Positions 17,621 through 28,264 of a stretch of 64,000 nt of DNA are shown in pieces. The position numbers and the translations under genes are program-made. The notes below the pieces were generated by a model. The model was not told where the DNA came from. It saw only the letters and a program-made list of their open reading frames with translations, and ran no database searches. The stretch's first letter is position 1, and each line of letters opens with the position of its first letter. Location: contig JACPCS010000112.1 in NCBI GenBank assembly GCA_016184455.1, positions 4,822 to 68,821 on the forward strand, in the 5' to 3' direction. This stretch comes from Acidobacteriota bacterium (GTDB taxonomy: Bacteria > Acidobacteriota > Vicinamibacteria > Vicinamibacterales > UBA2999).

Positions 17621-18222
17621 CCTGCGCCGACTGCTTCGTGCACGAGTCGAGCTACGTCGAGGACGGGAGCACGATTGGCGCCGGCACCCACATCTGGCAT
17701 TTCTCGCACGTCATGGCGGACGCCTCGATCGGCCGCGACTGCACCATCGGCCAGAACGTGTTCATCGGGGCCGGCGTGGTCATCGGAGACCACGTCAAGA
17801 TTCAGAACAACGTGTCGGTGTACACGGGCGTGGTGCTGGAGGACGAGGTGTTCTGCGGACCCTCGGTCGTGTTCACCAACGTGTTGAACCCGCGATCGGA
17901 AATCGCGCGGCGGGACGAGTACCGATCGACCCGCGTCAGGCGCGGGGCCACCATCGGCGCGAACGCCACGATCGTCTGCGGCGCCGATATCGGGCGATAC
18001 GCGTTCATCGGGGCTGGCGCGGTCGTCCGCGGGCGCGTGCCGGACTACGCGCTGATGCTCGGCGTCCCCGCGAGCCCCGCGGGATGGATGGGCCGCCACG
18101 GCCACAAGCTCGTGCCCGCTGACGGATCGGGCCGCTGGAGCTGCCCGGTCACGGGATGGCGATACGAGCAGGGCCCCTCCGGCCTCAGGTGTCTCAACCA
18201 GGACGAGGAGCGGCCATTATGA
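17617..18222 (+). CDS. wbpD: Hexapeptide N-acetyltransferase (WbpD-like)
   Basis: IWHFSH, IGQNV, KIQNNVSVY, VFCGPSVVFTNV.NPRS hexapeptide repeats. Confidence 0.85.
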   Translation: MTCADCFVHESSYVEDGSTIGAGTHIWHFSHVMADASIGRDCTIGQNVFIGAGVVIGDHVKIQNNVSVYTGVVLEDEVFCGPSVVFTNVLNPRSEIARRDEYRSTRVRRGATIGANATIVCGADIGRYAFIGAGAVVRGRVPDYALMLGVPASPAGWMGRHGHKLVPADGSGRWSCPVTGWRYEQGPSGLRCLNQDEERPL

Positions 18223-20432
18223 CGCGCAACGGCGACGACGATCTTCTGACGACTGTGGGCCCGGACGAGGCGTCCGGCGAACCGAACCCACACCTGCGTC
18301 ACTACTTGCTGGCGCTGTACAAGCGGCGCTGGACTACTCTTGCGGCGTTCACCGTCGTGTTCGGCGCGGTCGTCGCCTACACCTTTACGGCCACGCCGGT
18401 CTACAGGGCCACCGCGCGCGTGCTGATTGACGCGGACCGGCAGCACGTCGTCGACTTCAGGGAAGTGGTCGAAGCCGACGAGGCCCGGACCGACTACTAC
18501 CAGACGCAGTACAACCTTCTGGAATCCCGCTCCCTCGCGCGAAAGACGCTGACGAACCTGAACATCTGGAACCATCCGGAGTTTGCGGGAACGCCGAAAG
18601 GTGCTGATCGCTTTGGCCTGCGCGCGCTCGCCGGCAGGCTGACGAACGTCTGGCCGGCGCCGCGCCGCGTGACGCCTCCGGCCGACGACGAGACGCAGGC
18701 CGAATCACGGGTGATCGATCGATTCCTGCAGCAGCTGACCGTGTCGCCGCTGCGGGCGAGCCGGCTCACCGACGTCAGCTTCCGATCGACCGACCCGTCA
18801 CTCGCCGCGCGAATCGTCAACGCGCACACGCGCGCGTTCATCGAGCAAAACCTGGAGTACCGCTTCGTGGCGTCGAAACAGGCGTCCGACTGGCTGACCG
18901 GGCAACTGCAGGAACAGCGGAAGCACGTCGAGAGCGCCGAGGTGGCGCTGCAGCGCTACCGCGAGTCGCAGGATGCGATCTCGTTCGAGGATCGCGAGAA
19001 CATCGTCGTGCAGAAGCTCGCCGACCTGAACGCGGCGGTGACGCGCGCCAAGACGGAGCGGATCGAGAAGGAGGCGCGGTACAACCAGCTGCTGACGCTG
19101 CAGCGCAGGAACGCGCCGCTCGACACGTTTCCGGCGATTCTCAGCAACCAGTTCATCCAGCAGCAGAAGGCGGAGCTCGCGGGGCTCCGCCGGCAGGAGC
19201 TGCAGCTCAGCGACCGCTTCGGCGACCGTCACCCGGAGATGGTGAAGCTGCGCATCGCGATCGACGAGGCGGAGGACAAGCTGGACACGGAGATCGCCAA
19301 GGTCGTCGAATCCGTCCGCAACGAATTCGTCGCGGCGCAGGCGGCCGAGCGCAGCCTGATCGAGGCGCTGAACGCGCAGAAGCAGGAGGCGCAGTCGATG
19401 AACCGGAAAGCGATCGAGTACGGCGTCCTCCAGCGCGACGTGGAGACGAACCGCCAGATCTACGACAGCCTTCTGCAGCGCGCCAAGGAAACCGGTGTCT
19501 CGACCGAGTTGAAGACGAGCAATATCCGCATCGTGGATGCCGCCGAGGTGCCGCGATCGCCGGTCTCGCCGCGCCGGCTGGTGAATGTGCTCGCCGGTCT
19601 GATTGGCGCGGCTGCGTTCGGCATCTTCCTGGCGTTCTTCTTCGAATACATCGACAACCGGCTCAAGACGCCCGAGGACGTGCACCACCATCTCGGCCTG
19701 TCGGCTCTCGCGATCCTGCCCCGCGTGCCGTGGTCCGGCGATCAGCCCCTGACGGCGACGGCGGCCGACGGCTTCTCCGAGGCGATCCGCGGGCTGCGCA
19801 CGAACCTGCTGTTCTCCACGCCGCACGAGCAGGGCGCGCGCACGCTCCTCGTCACGAGCACAGGCCCGCAGGAAGGGAAGTCGGTGACGGTCGCGAGCCT
19901 CGCGATTTCACTCGCGGAAGCCGGCCATCGGGTGCTGCTCGTCGATGCGGACCTGCGGCGCCCGCGCATGCACCACATCATGGACGTGCCGCAGGAGCCG
20001 GGCCTGTCGAACATCCTCGTCGGCAGCGCCGCCGCGGCCGACGTGATGCGGCGAAGCGCCATCGAGACGCTGTCGCTGATTCCCTCGGGACGCATTCCGC
20101 CGAATCCGGCAGAACTGCTCGGGTCCGCTCAGTTCCGCCGCCTGCTCGAATCGCTCCGCGAGTCGTTCGAGTGGATCCTGCTCGACTCGCCGCCGGCGCT
20201 GCCGGTGACCGATCCGGCGATCATGGCGCAGGCGGCGAGCGGCGTCATCTTCATCGTCGACGCGGAAAAGACGAACCGGTACCGCGCACGCTATGCGCTC
20301 ATGAAGCTGCGCCGGGTTCGCACGCCGCTGCTCGGCGCCGTGCTCAACGGCGTCGATCTGAACCGGAACAGCGCGTACTACGCCGACTACTACAGCGCGG
20401 ACGACTGCCAGTACTACGCCGCACGGACGTAA
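18219..20432 (+). CDS. wzc: Polysaccharide co-polymerase/tyrosine autokinase (Wzc/GumC)
   Basis: TM-coiled coil-TM; TSTGPQEGKS Walker A, DADLRRP, LLDSPP; Tyr-rich C-terminus. Confidence 0.92.
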   Translation: MTRNGDDDLLTTVGPDEASGEPNPHLRHYLLALYKRRWTTLAAFTVVFGAVVAYTFTATPVYRATARVLIDADRQHVVDFREVVEADEARTDYYQTQYNLLESRSLARKTLTNLNIWNHPEFAGTPKGADRFGLRALAGRLTNVWPAPRRVTPPADDETQAESRVIDRFLQQLTVSPLRASRLTDVSFRSTDPSLAARIVNAHTRAFIEQNLEYRFVASKQASDWLTGQLQEQRKHVESAEVALQRYRESQDAISFEDRENIVVQKLADLNAAVTRAKTERIEKEARYNQLLTLQRRNAPLDTFPAILSNQFIQQQKAELAGLRRQELQLSDRFGDRHPEMVKLRIAIDEAEDKLDTEIAKVVESVRNEFVAAQAAERSLIEALNAQKQEAQSMNRKAIEYGVLQRDVETNRQIYDSLLQRAKETGVSTELKTSNIRIVDAAEVPRSPVSPRRLVNVLAGLIGAAAFGIFLAFFFEYIDNRLKTPEDVHHHLGLSALAILPRVPWSGDQPLTATAADGFSEAIRGLRTNLLFSTPHEQGARTLLVTSTGPQEGKSVTVASLAISLAEAGHRVLLVDADLRRPRMHHIMDVPQEPGLSNILVGSAAAADVMRRSAIETLSLIPSGRIPPNPAELLGSAQFRRLLESLRESFEWILLDSPPALPVTDPAIMAQAASGVIFIVDAEKTNRYRARYALMKLRRVRTPLLGAVLNGVDLNRNSAYYADYYSADDCQYYAART

Positions 20433-20442
20433 TCGCCCTCTG

Positions 20443-21558
20443 GTGCTTCGCCTCTGCTATATCGCCAACGCCGACTCGGTGCACAGCCATCGGTGGATTT
20501 CCTACTTCGCCGAGCGCGGCCACACGGTGCACTGGGTGTCGCTCTCGGCGTGCACGAGCCCGGTGCCTGACGGGGTCGACCTGCACCTCGTCGGATCGGC
20601 CCGGGGGGCTGCGCGGCGTCCGGTTCCTCTCGCGCGGTCGGCGTGGCGCGTCCGCTCGCTGCTGCGCCGCATCAGGCCCGACCTGGTGCACGCGCACTAC
20701 GCGGGCGTCAACGGCATCGTTGCCGCCCAGGCCGGCGTGCGCCCGCTGATGGTCACCGCGTGGGGATCCGATGTGCTGTGCACCGGCCGCAGACGGATTG
20801 TGGGCCTGCCGGTGCGAGCCGCCCTGCGGCGGGCCGACCGGGTGACGTGCGACGCCGAGCACATGCGCCGGCAGATCCTCGCCATGGGAGTCCGGCCTGA
20901 ACGCCTCGACGTGATCGGCTTCGGCACCGATACGGATCGCTTCCAGCCCACGCCGCCTGATTCACAGCTCGCAGCCGAGGTCGGTGTGGCAGGGCGGCCC
21001 ACCGTGATCAGCCTGCGCAACTTCCACCCGGTCTACGACGTGGGCACCCTGATCCGCGCGATTCCGCTGGTTCGCGAGCAGGTGCCTCATGCCCTCTTCC
21101 TGCTGGCTGGCGCTGGACCCGAAGAGCCGGTGCTGCGCCGCACGGCTGCGGAACTCGGCGCCGCCGACGCGGTGCGGTTCCTCGGTCCCATTGCCCCGCA
21201 GCGTCTGCCCGCCTACCTGGCCCTTGCCGATGTCTACGTCTCGACCTCGAGATCCGACGCCGGCATTGCTGCCAGCACGGCGGAGGCGATGGCGTGCGGG
21301 CTTCCGGTGGTTGTCACCGACTCGGGCGAGAACGATCGGTGGATTGTCGACGGACGGAACGGCTACCTCGTGCCGGTCGGCGGCGACGCGCCTCTGGCTG
21401 ACGCCATCGTTCGCCTGCTGCGGGATCGCGGTCTTCGCCGCGCGTGCGGCGACGCGAACCGGGCCGTCATCGTGGAGCGCAACAGCTTTCGGACGGAGAT
21501 GGCCAAAGTGGAGGCGCTCTACTACGACATGACCAGCCGCGTCGGGAGGCCGTCGTGA
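20443..21558 (+). CDS. Glycosyltransferase family 4
   Basis: HAHY, TAWGSD and EAMACGLPVV motifs. Confidence 0.9.
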   Translation: MLRLCYIANADSVHSHRWISYFAERGHTVHWVSLSACTSPVPDGVDLHLVGSARGAARRPVPLARSAWRVRSLLRRIRPDLVHAHYAGVNGIVAAQAGVRPLMVTAWGSDVLCTGRRRIVGLPVRAALRRADRVTCDAEHMRRQILAMGVRPERLDVIGFGTDTDRFQPTPPDSQLAAEVGVAGRPTVISLRNFHPVYDVGTLIRAIPLVREQVPHALFLLAGAGPEEPVLRRTAAELGAADAVRFLGPIAPQRLPAYLALADVYVSTSRSDAGIAASTAEAMACGLPVVVTDSGENDRWIVDGRNGYLVPVGGDAPLADAIVRLLRDRGLRRACGDANRAVIVERNSFRTEMAKVEALYYDMTSRVGRPS

Positions 21559-22547
21559 CCCACAGCGCGGCGCTTGCGCGGTGGGGCGCCAAGGCGTGCG
21601 AGCTGCCCTACATGACGCGCGACTTCTGGCGGATTCTCCGCGGCAGCGACTACTTTCACTATCCCGACAACCCGGGCCGCTACTTTCGCGATCAGCGGTC
21701 CTACTTCGTCGATTTCCGCCACAAGGCGGCGTGGACAGGAGCGTACCGCGACGAGGTGCCGGTCCTCTTCGTGCCGACCCTCGGGCGGGACGTCGTCTTT
21801 CCCGGAATGGTCCTGCAATTCGGTCTCGGCGCCATCGACAGGTACATCGAGACCATGGATCGCCGATACCGCGACGCCGCCCTCGCGGTCTACCGGTGGC
21901 TGGGTGCACACGTGCTGTCTGACGGGTCGTTCGACAACCTCGTGTCGCTGCTGCATGGGCGCCGGCGATACGTCTCCAGCAACAGCGCGATGGTGCAGGG
22001 CGAAGCGCTGTCGTTCCTCACGCGCGTCATTCGCCTCGACCTCGCGCCCTCCGAGGCGCACGCCAGGGCTCTTCTCACGCGCGTGCATCACAACTGCGTG
22101 CTGCCGATCGAGCGCGGCGGCACGGTGCGCTACGAAGGCGAGGACGTGTTTCTCTGCGAGTACTGCCGCACGGACGGTCAGGTGGTGCTGAACGGCTGGA
22201 TCTTCGGGCTGTTCGGATTGCTCGACTACACGCGGATGACGGAGAGTCCGCACACGACGCTGCTCATCGATCGCAGCATCGCGACGCTCGAGCGGCACCT
22301 CCCGGGGTTCATTCGTCCCGACGGCTGGTCGAACTACGACAACCGCGGACGGATCGCCTCCCCCGTGTATCAGCACACACACATCACGCTGCTGTCGTGC
22401 CTCGCCACGCTCATCGGGAGCGAGACGCTGCACGGCGCGGCGGAGGCTCTGCGCCGCGGCGACACGTGGTGGAACCGCGTGCGATACACCGCACTGAAGA
22501 TTCGCGACCGGCTGGTCGACCCCGACGCGTATACCACCGCCGCATGA
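21555..22547 (+). CDS. D-glucuronyl C5-epimerase family protein
   Basis: SAMVQGEALS, EY..., VLNGWIFGLFGLLD, WSNYD and YQHTHITLL motifs resemble the C5-epimerase C-terminal domain. Confidence 0.75.
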   Translation: MTHSAALARWGAKACELPYMTRDFWRILRGSDYFHYPDNPGRYFRDQRSYFVDFRHKAAWTGAYRDEVPVLFVPTLGRDVVFPGMVLQFGLGAIDRYIETMDRRYRDAALAVYRWLGAHVLSDGSFDNLVSLLHGRRRYVSSNSAMVQGEALSFLTRVIRLDLAPSEAHARALLTRVHHNCVLPIERGGTVRYEGEDVFLCEYCRTDGQVVLNGWIFGLFGLLDYTRMTESPHTTLLIDRSIATLERHLPGFIRPDGWSNYDNRGRIASPVYQHTHITLLSCLATLIGSETLHGAAEALRRGDTWWNRVRYTALKIRDRLVDPDAYTTAA

Positions 22548-23275
22548 GCTGCAACTTCAGCATCGCCCACTACGAATCGACGCTGCGTGCGGCCCTCGCG
22601 CGCGGGTACCGCTTCGTGCGATTCGGCGACGAGACACCCGGAGCCGCCGTGCTGTACCTGCGCCACGACGTCAACTTTTCGCTCGCCCACGCCCGCCGCA
22701 TGGCGTGTCTCGAGGCGGCGCTCGGCGTCCGGAGCGCGTACTTCGTGCAGTGCAACTCCCCCTTCTACAACCTCTGCGAGCCGGAGTCGCGCGAGGCCAT
22801 CCTGCTGATCCATGCAGCCGGCCACGAGATCGGGCTGCACCTCGACGAGCGCTGCGCGGAAGACGACGAGGATCTGGAGGCATTCGCCGAGCGGATGTAT
22901 TCGATCGCGTCGCCGATCATTCCCCTCGCGCGCGTCGTCTCGTTCCATCGTCCGACGGCGGCGGTGCTCGGGCGCACGCTCGAGGGATTCGTCAACACGT
23001 ACGAGACGCGCTACGTCGGCGGAGCGCGCTACATCTCCGACAGCCGAAAGCAGTGGCGCGAAGGCTGCCTCTGCCAGGTGATCGCCGCCGGGCCCGACAG
23101 ACTCCAGGCGCTCGTGCACCCCGAGTGGTGGAACGACGCCGACCGTCCGGCGGAGCTGATCGGCCACGACATTCTCGAGACGCGCATCGAGCAGCTCCAG
23201 GCTTACATGGGCGCGAACTGCGCGCCGCTGCGCCTCATCATGCCCGCGCTCGCGTGCGCGCAGGGGCGCCGGTGA
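22544..23275 (+). CDS. Polysaccharide deacetylase-like protein
   Basis: LRHDV, GHEIGLH, SFHRP, YISDS and LVHPEWW motifs. Confidence 0.7.
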   Translation: MSCNFSIAHYESTLRAALARGYRFVRFGDETPGAAVLYLRHDVNFSLAHARRMACLEAALGVRSAYFVQCNSPFYNLCEPESREAILLIHAAGHEIGLHLDERCAEDDEDLEAFAERMYSIASPIIPLARVVSFHRPTAAVLGRTLEGFVNTYETRYVGGARYISDSRKQWREGCLCQVIAAGPDRLQALVHPEWWNDADRPAELIGHDILETRIEQLQAYMGANCAPLRLIMPALACAQGRR

Positions 23276-24252
23276 CCTCGATGCAGTACGCACAGCTCGC
23301 GGACGGGGCGCTTCGGGTCTCGCGGATCGGCTTCGGCTGCTGGCAGCTCGGCGGCCACGGCTGGGGGCCGATCGACTCGCACACGGCGACCGCCGCGGTG
23401 CAGGCGGCGCTGGATCTGGGGATCACGCTCTTCGACACCGCCGACGTGTACGGGTTCGGCACGTCCGAGGAGCGTCTCTCGTACGCACTCGGCGCGCGCC
23501 GGCACGAGGTCGTGATCGCGACCAAGTTCGGCGTCCGGTGGAACGCCGGCGGCGCCGTCTGGCGGGACGTCAGTCTGGCGTGGCTCGACGAGGCGCTGCA
23601 CGCGAGCCTTCGCCGGCTGCGGCTCGAGCGGATTCCGCTCTATCAGGTCCACTGGCCCGATGGCGTCACGCCGCTCGAAGCGGTCGTCGAGCGGCTCTCG
23701 CGATACATCGAAAGCGGGAAGGTCGGCGCGGTCGGCTGCTGCAACTGCACCCCCGCCGAGATTGCCCGCGTGGCCGCCGCCGGCCCGATTGTCTCCCTGC
23801 AGACGGCGTACAACGCCATCGATCGCGCCGCGGAAACCAGCGGCGTCTTCTCGGCCTGCGATGGCGCCCGCATTCCCGTGGTGACTCACAGCTCGCTCGC
23901 ACAGGGCCTCTGCTCGGGCAACTACGGACCGGCCTCGACGTTTGCGGCCGACGATGTACGCAGTCGGAGCCCGTACTTCAACGGCGCGTATGCCGCCAAC
24001 ATGGCGGTCGTTGCGAGGATGCGCGTCGTCGGCGACCGTCACGGCAAGGCGCCCGCCCAGGTGGCCCTCGGCTGGGTCCTGCGCAGCCCCCGCGTGGCCG
24101 CGGCGCTCGTCGGCATCAAGAGCGCGGCGCAGGTGCGGGAGAACGTCGGCGCGCTCTGGACGATGTCGGACGCCGAGTGGCACTACATCGCGGACGAAGG
24201 AGACGTCCTGGCACCCGGGCCGGCAGCAGCGCACGCGGGACACGCCCAATGA
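23272..24252 (+). CDS. Aldo/keto reductase
   Basis: IGFGCWQLGG, FDTADVYG, ATKFG, SLRRL, YQVHWPD motifs. Confidence 0.9.
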   Translation: MTSMQYAQLADGALRVSRIGFGCWQLGGHGWGPIDSHTATAAVQAALDLGITLFDTADVYGFGTSEERLSYALGARRHEVVIATKFGVRWNAGGAVWRDVSLAWLDEALHASLRRLRLERIPLYQVHWPDGVTPLEAVVERLSRYIESGKVGAVGCCNCTPAEIARVAAAGPIVSLQTAYNAIDRAAETSGVFSACDGARIPVVTHSSLAQGLCSGNYGPASTFAADDVRSRSPYFNGAYAANMAVVARMRVVGDRHGKAPAQVALGWVLRSPRVAAALVGIKSAAQVRENVGALWTMSDAEWHYIADEGDVLAPGPAAAHAGHAQ

Positions 24253-25229
24253 CGAACCACCGGCTGGAGCTGTTGCGGGACCTCTACTCGAGGATGGTGA
24301 CGATCCGTCTGGCCGAAGAGCGCCTGGCCGACCTCGTGACGGCGGGTGAGGTGGGTTGCCCGTGCCACCTGTACATCGGTCAGGAGGCGATCGCCGCCGG
24401 GGTCTGCGCCGCGCTCGAGACCGACGACACCGTCTGGGGCGGACACCGATCGCACGGGCACTATCTCGCCAAAGGCGGCGATCTCGGCGCGATGTTCGCG
24501 GAAATCTTCGGCAAGGTCCTCGGCTGCGCAGAGGGGCGCGGCGGCTCCATGCACCTCCTGGCGACCGACGTCGGCATTCTCGGCACCGTGCCGATCGTGG
24601 CAGCCACCATCCCGCTCGCCACCGGCGCGGCACTCGCCTCGAAGCTGCGGCGTGACGGCCGGGTGGCGATCGCCTTCTTCGGCGACGGTGCGATGGAAGA
24701 GGGACATTGCCACGAATCGATGAATCTCGCCGCGCTGTATGCGCTGCCCATCGTCTTCGTCTGTGAGAACAACTTCTACGCGAGCCACATGGCGCTCACC
24801 GGGCGCCGGGCGGCGGACAACCTCGTCACGGCGGCGGACGCGCACGCGATGCCCGGCGAGGTGGTGGATGGCAACGACGCGGTGGCGGTGTACGACGCCG
24901 CCGTGCGCGCGGTGGCGCGCGCCAGGGCTGGCGTGGGGCCGACGCTGCTCGAGTGCCGCACGTTCCGGTGGCGTGGCCACGTCGGGCCGTCCTGGGACAT
25001 GGACGTGGGCGTGAAGCGGCGCGACGAGCTGCAGCAGTGGCTCGACCGCGACCCGATTCGACTGCTGCGTCGCGTCATGGAGTCTGCGGGCGTCGCTGGG
25101 GCGGCGTTCGACGAGGTCGACGAGCGCGTCCGCGCGGAGATTCGGGCGGCGGAGGCGTTCGCGCGGAGCGCGCCGTGTCCGCCGGCCGACGAGCTCGACA
25201 CGCACGTGTATGCCACGGGGGCGCGGTGA
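24249..25229 (+). CDS. ThDP-dependent dehydrogenase E1 component alpha subunit
   Basis: HLYIGQEA, GRGGSMH, GDGA...ENN ThDP-binding motif. Confidence 0.9.
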   Translation: MTNHRLELLRDLYSRMVTIRLAEERLADLVTAGEVGCPCHLYIGQEAIAAGVCAALETDDTVWGGHRSHGHYLAKGGDLGAMFAEIFGKVLGCAEGRGGSMHLLATDVGILGTVPIVAATIPLATGAALASKLRRDGRVAIAFFGDGAMEEGHCHESMNLAALYALPIVFVCENNFYASHMALTGRRAADNLVTAADAHAMPGEVVDGNDAVAVYDAAVRAVARARAGVGPTLLECRTFRWRGHVGPSWDMDVGVKRRDELQQWLDRDPIRLLRRVMESAGVAGAAFDEVDERVRAEIRAAEAFARSAPCPPADELDTHVYATGAR

Positions 25230-25230
25230 C

Positions 25231-26238
25231 ATGCGGACGCTGACCTACGCGGCCGCCATTCGCGAGGCGTTCGCACAGCTGCTCGAGGCCGATCCGCGCG
25301 TCTTCGTCATCGGTCAGGGATTGTGGAGCCCCTGGTACGTGGGTCAGAGCATGACCGGCCTCGACGTGGAGTTCGGACGCGAGCGGATTCTCGACTCGCC
25401 GGTGGCGGAAAACGCGACCACCGGAGCCGCCGTCGGCGCCGCCCTGGCGGGAATGCGGCCCATCGTCGTGCACCCGCGCATGGACTTCATGCTCCTCGCC
25501 GTCGACCCGATCGTGAACCAGGCGGCGAACTGGTCGTACATGTTCGCCGGCAAGGTGCCCGCCCCCGTCGTCATTCGCGGCATCATCAACCGCGGCGGCG
25601 AGCAGGCGGCCCAGCACTCCCAGGCGCTGCAGGCGATGTTCATGCACGTGCCCGGCCTCAAGATCGTGATGCCGAGCACGCCGTACGACGCCAAGGGCCT
25701 CCTCATCGCGGCCGTGAACGACGGCAATCCAGTCCTGTACATCGACGATCGGTGGCTGTACGAGGCCGCCGGACCCGTGCCCGAGGAGATGTATCAGGTG
25801 CCGATCGGGTCGGGGGTCGTCCGCCGGCCGGGAACGGACCTCACGGTCGTGGCGAGCTCGTACGTGGCCGCACAGGCCGTCGAGGCGGCCCGCACGCTCG
25901 AGGCGCGGGGGTTCGATCCCGAGGTGATCGACCTGCGCTCGATCAAGCCGTGGGATCGCGAGCTGGTCTTCGCCTCGATCCGGAAGACGTCGCGGCTGCT
26001 CGTCGTCGACGGCGCGTGGAAGACCTGCGGCGTCGCCGCGGAGATCGCCGCCGCGGCCGCCGAGCACGTCTTCGAGCATCTGTCGGCGCCGGTCGCGCGG
26101 TTGACCCTCCCCGACGCCCCCGCGCCGATGAGCAGGCCGCTCGAGCGTGCGTACTACATCCACGCGCCGCGGATCGTCGAGGCCGTGGAGCATCTGATGG
26201 CGAGCCGCCGCCCGCAGCGCGCGCTCGTGCTCTCATGA
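25231..26238 (+). CDS. ThDP-dependent dehydrogenase E1 component beta subunit
   Basis: DSPVAE, QHSQ, PGLKIVMPST, DLRSIKPWD motifs. Confidence 0.9.
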   Translation: MRTLTYAAAIREAFAQLLEADPRVFVIGQGLWSPWYVGQSMTGLDVEFGRERILDSPVAENATTGAAVGAALAGMRPIVVHPRMDFMLLAVDPIVNQAANWSYMFAGKVPAPVVIRGIINRGGEQAAQHSQALQAMFMHVPGLKIVMPSTPYDAKGLLIAAVNDGNPVLYIDDRWLYEAAGPVPEEMYQVPIGSGVVRRPGTDLTVVASSYVAAQAVEAARTLEARGFDPEVIDLRSIKPWDRELVFASIRKTSRLLVVDGAWKTCGVAAEIAAAAAEHVFEHLSAPVARLTLPDAPAPMSRPLERAYYIHAPRIVEAVEHLMASRRPQRALVLS

Positions 26239-27179
26239 CGTCGGCCGAACGCATTCTCGTGACCGGCGGCGCGGGCTACATCGGCTCCGTGCTGGTGGGG
26301 CATCTTCTGCGCCGCGGCTATCGGGTGACCGTCCTGGACAATCTGCTCTACGGGCAAACCAGCCTGCTTCAGTACTGCGGATCGGCGGGGTTCGAGTTCG
26401 TTCGAGGCGATGCCCGCGACGAGGACGTGCTCCGGCCGCTCGTCGCGCGTCACGACACGTTGATTCCGCTGGCGGCGATCGTCGGCATGCCGGCGTGCAC
26501 GCGCGACCCCATCCAGGCGCGCACGGTGAACGTCGATGCGATTGCGGCGCTGAACCGCCTGCGCAGCCGCGCGCAGCGCGTCGTCTATCCGTGCACCAAC
26601 AGCGGCTACGGAAGCAAGTCGGGCGAGATGCACTGCACGGAGGAGACGCCGCTCGAGCCGGTCTCGCTCTACGGCGTCACGAAGGTCGAGGCGGAGCGGC
26701 TGCTTCTCGACAGCCCGAACACGATCACGCTCCGGCTCGCCACGGTCTTCGGCGTGTCGCCTCGCATGCGGCTCGATCTGCTCGTGAACGACTTCACCTA
26801 TCGCGCGGTCCGCGACCGGGTGCTGCTGCTGTACGAGAAGCATTTCAAGCGGAACTACGTGCACATCGACGACGTGTGCGAGGCGTTCTGCCATGTGCTG
26901 GAACGCTTCGAGACCATGTGCGGCCGGCCGTACAACGTCGGCCTCGACGCCGCGAATCTCTCGAAGGAAGAGCTGGCGCTCAAGATTCGGGAGCACGTCC
27001 CCGACCTGGTCATCCAGAACGGGTGCACCGGTTCTGATCCCGACCGGCGCAATTACATCGTGTCGAACGAGCGCATCCGGCGGCACGGGTTCGAGCCGTG
27101 GCGGACGCTCGACCAGGGCATCCGCGAGCTGCTGACCGCGGTCCGCATGCTGCCGATGTCGCCCTTCCACAACGCCTGA
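26235..27179 (+). CDS. NAD-dependent nucleotide-sugar epimerase/dehydratase
   Basis: VTGGAGYIG, YGVTK (YxxxK), RLATVFGVSPRMRLDL motifs. Confidence 0.9.
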   Translation: MTSAERILVTGGAGYIGSVLVGHLLRRGYRVTVLDNLLYGQTSLLQYCGSAGFEFVRGDARDEDVLRPLVARHDTLIPLAAIVGMPACTRDPIQARTVNVDAIAALNRLRSRAQRVVYPCTNSGYGSKSGEMHCTEETPLEPVSLYGVTKVEAERLLLDSPNTITLRLATVFGVSPRMRLDLLVNDFTYRAVRDRVLLLYEKHFKRNYVHIDDVCEAFCHVLERFETMCGRPYNVGLDAANLSKEELALKIREHVPDLVIQNGCTGSDPDRRNYIVSNERIRRHGFEPWRTLDQGIRELLTAVRMLPMSPFHNA

Positions 27180-27190
27180 CAGGTCACCAC

Positions 27191-28264
27191 ATGATCATCA
27201 GCCGCACGCCGTATCGCATCTCCTTCTTCGGAGGAGGCACGGACTATCCGGCCTGGTACCGGCGCCACGGCGGTGCCGTCCTGGGGGCGACCATCAACAA
27301 GTACAGCTATCTGAGTTGCCGGTACCTGCCGCCGTTCTTCGAGCACCGGACCCGCATCGTCTATCGCCAGATCGAGAACGTCAAGACCGTCGACGAGATC
27401 GCGCATCCAGCCGTCCGCGAAGTGCTCCGGTACCTGGGGATGACTCGTGGCGTCGAGATCCATCACGACGGCGACCTTCCGGCGCGCAGTGGCGTCGGGT
27501 CGAGCTCCGCGTTCACGGTCGGGCTGATGAACGCCTTGTACGCGCTCAAAGGCGTCATTCCGACCAGGGAGCGGCTCGCACAGGAGAGCATCTTCATCGA
27601 GCAGCACATCCTGAAGGAACACGTCGGGTGCCAGGACCAGGTCCTGGCCGCCTACGGCGGCGTGAACCATATCGACTTCGCCCCTGGCGGCGAAATCCAA
27701 GTGCGGCCGATCACGCTCAAGCCGGACCGCCTGAAGCTGCTCAACTCACACCTGATGTTGTTCTTTACCGGCCTCCATCGCACCGCCTCCGATGTGGCGG
27801 CCACCTACACGGCATCCCTCGTCGACAAGGAACCGGAGATGAAGGCGATCGCCGCGATGGTACCAGAGGCTCTTGCCATCCTCACCTCGGAACGGAGTCT
27901 CAACGACTTCGGACGGTTGCTCGATGAGGGGTGGCGCGCGAAGCGAAGTCTGAGCGCTACCGTCACGAACGGGCGGATCGAAGAGATCTACCGCGAGGCA
28001 CGTTGCGCTGGCGCGATCGGCGGCAAACTCATCGGCGCCGGCGGCGGGGGCTTCATGCTGCTGTTCGCTCCACCGGAGGCGCACGCACAGGTCCGTGACC
28101 GGCTGCGCGCGCTCACCTATGTCCCGTTCACATTCGAGTTCCGCGGCAGCCAGGTGATCTTCTTCGACCCCGAGGAAGACTTGTCGGAAGAGGAGCGGCA
28201 GCGCGACGTCTCCGCCCGAGGCGTGCTCGCGACGGTCGCGGACAACGGTGTCGAATATGTCTGA
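27191..28264 (+). CDS. hddA: GHMP kinase, D-glycero-alpha-D-manno-heptose 7-phosphate kinase-like
   Basis: TPYRISFFGGGTD, LPARSGVGSSS, GCQDQ, GKLIGAGGGGF motifs. Confidence 0.82.
   Translation: MIISRTPYRISFFGGGTDYPAWYRRHGGAVLGATINKYSYLSCRYLPPFFEHRTRIVYRQIENVKTVDEIAHPAVREVLRYLGMTRGVEIHHDGDLPARSGVGSSSAFTVGLMNALYALKGVIPTRERLAQESIFIEQHILKEHVGCQDQVLAAYGGVNHIDFAPGGEIQVRPITLKPDRLKLLNSHLMLFFTGLHRTASDVAATYTASLVDKEPEMKAIAAMVPEALAILTSERSLNDFGRLLDEGWRAKRSLSATVTNGRIEEIYREARCAGAIGGKLIGAGGGGFMLLFAPPEAHAQVRDRLRALTYVPFTFEFRGSQVIFFDPEEDLSEEERQRDVSARGVLATVADNGVEYV

Noticed and set aside
24249-26238. Housekeeping pyruvate/acetoin dehydrogenase
   Set aside because: No E2/E3 genes, and the pair is translationally coupled within a nucleotide-sugar operon.
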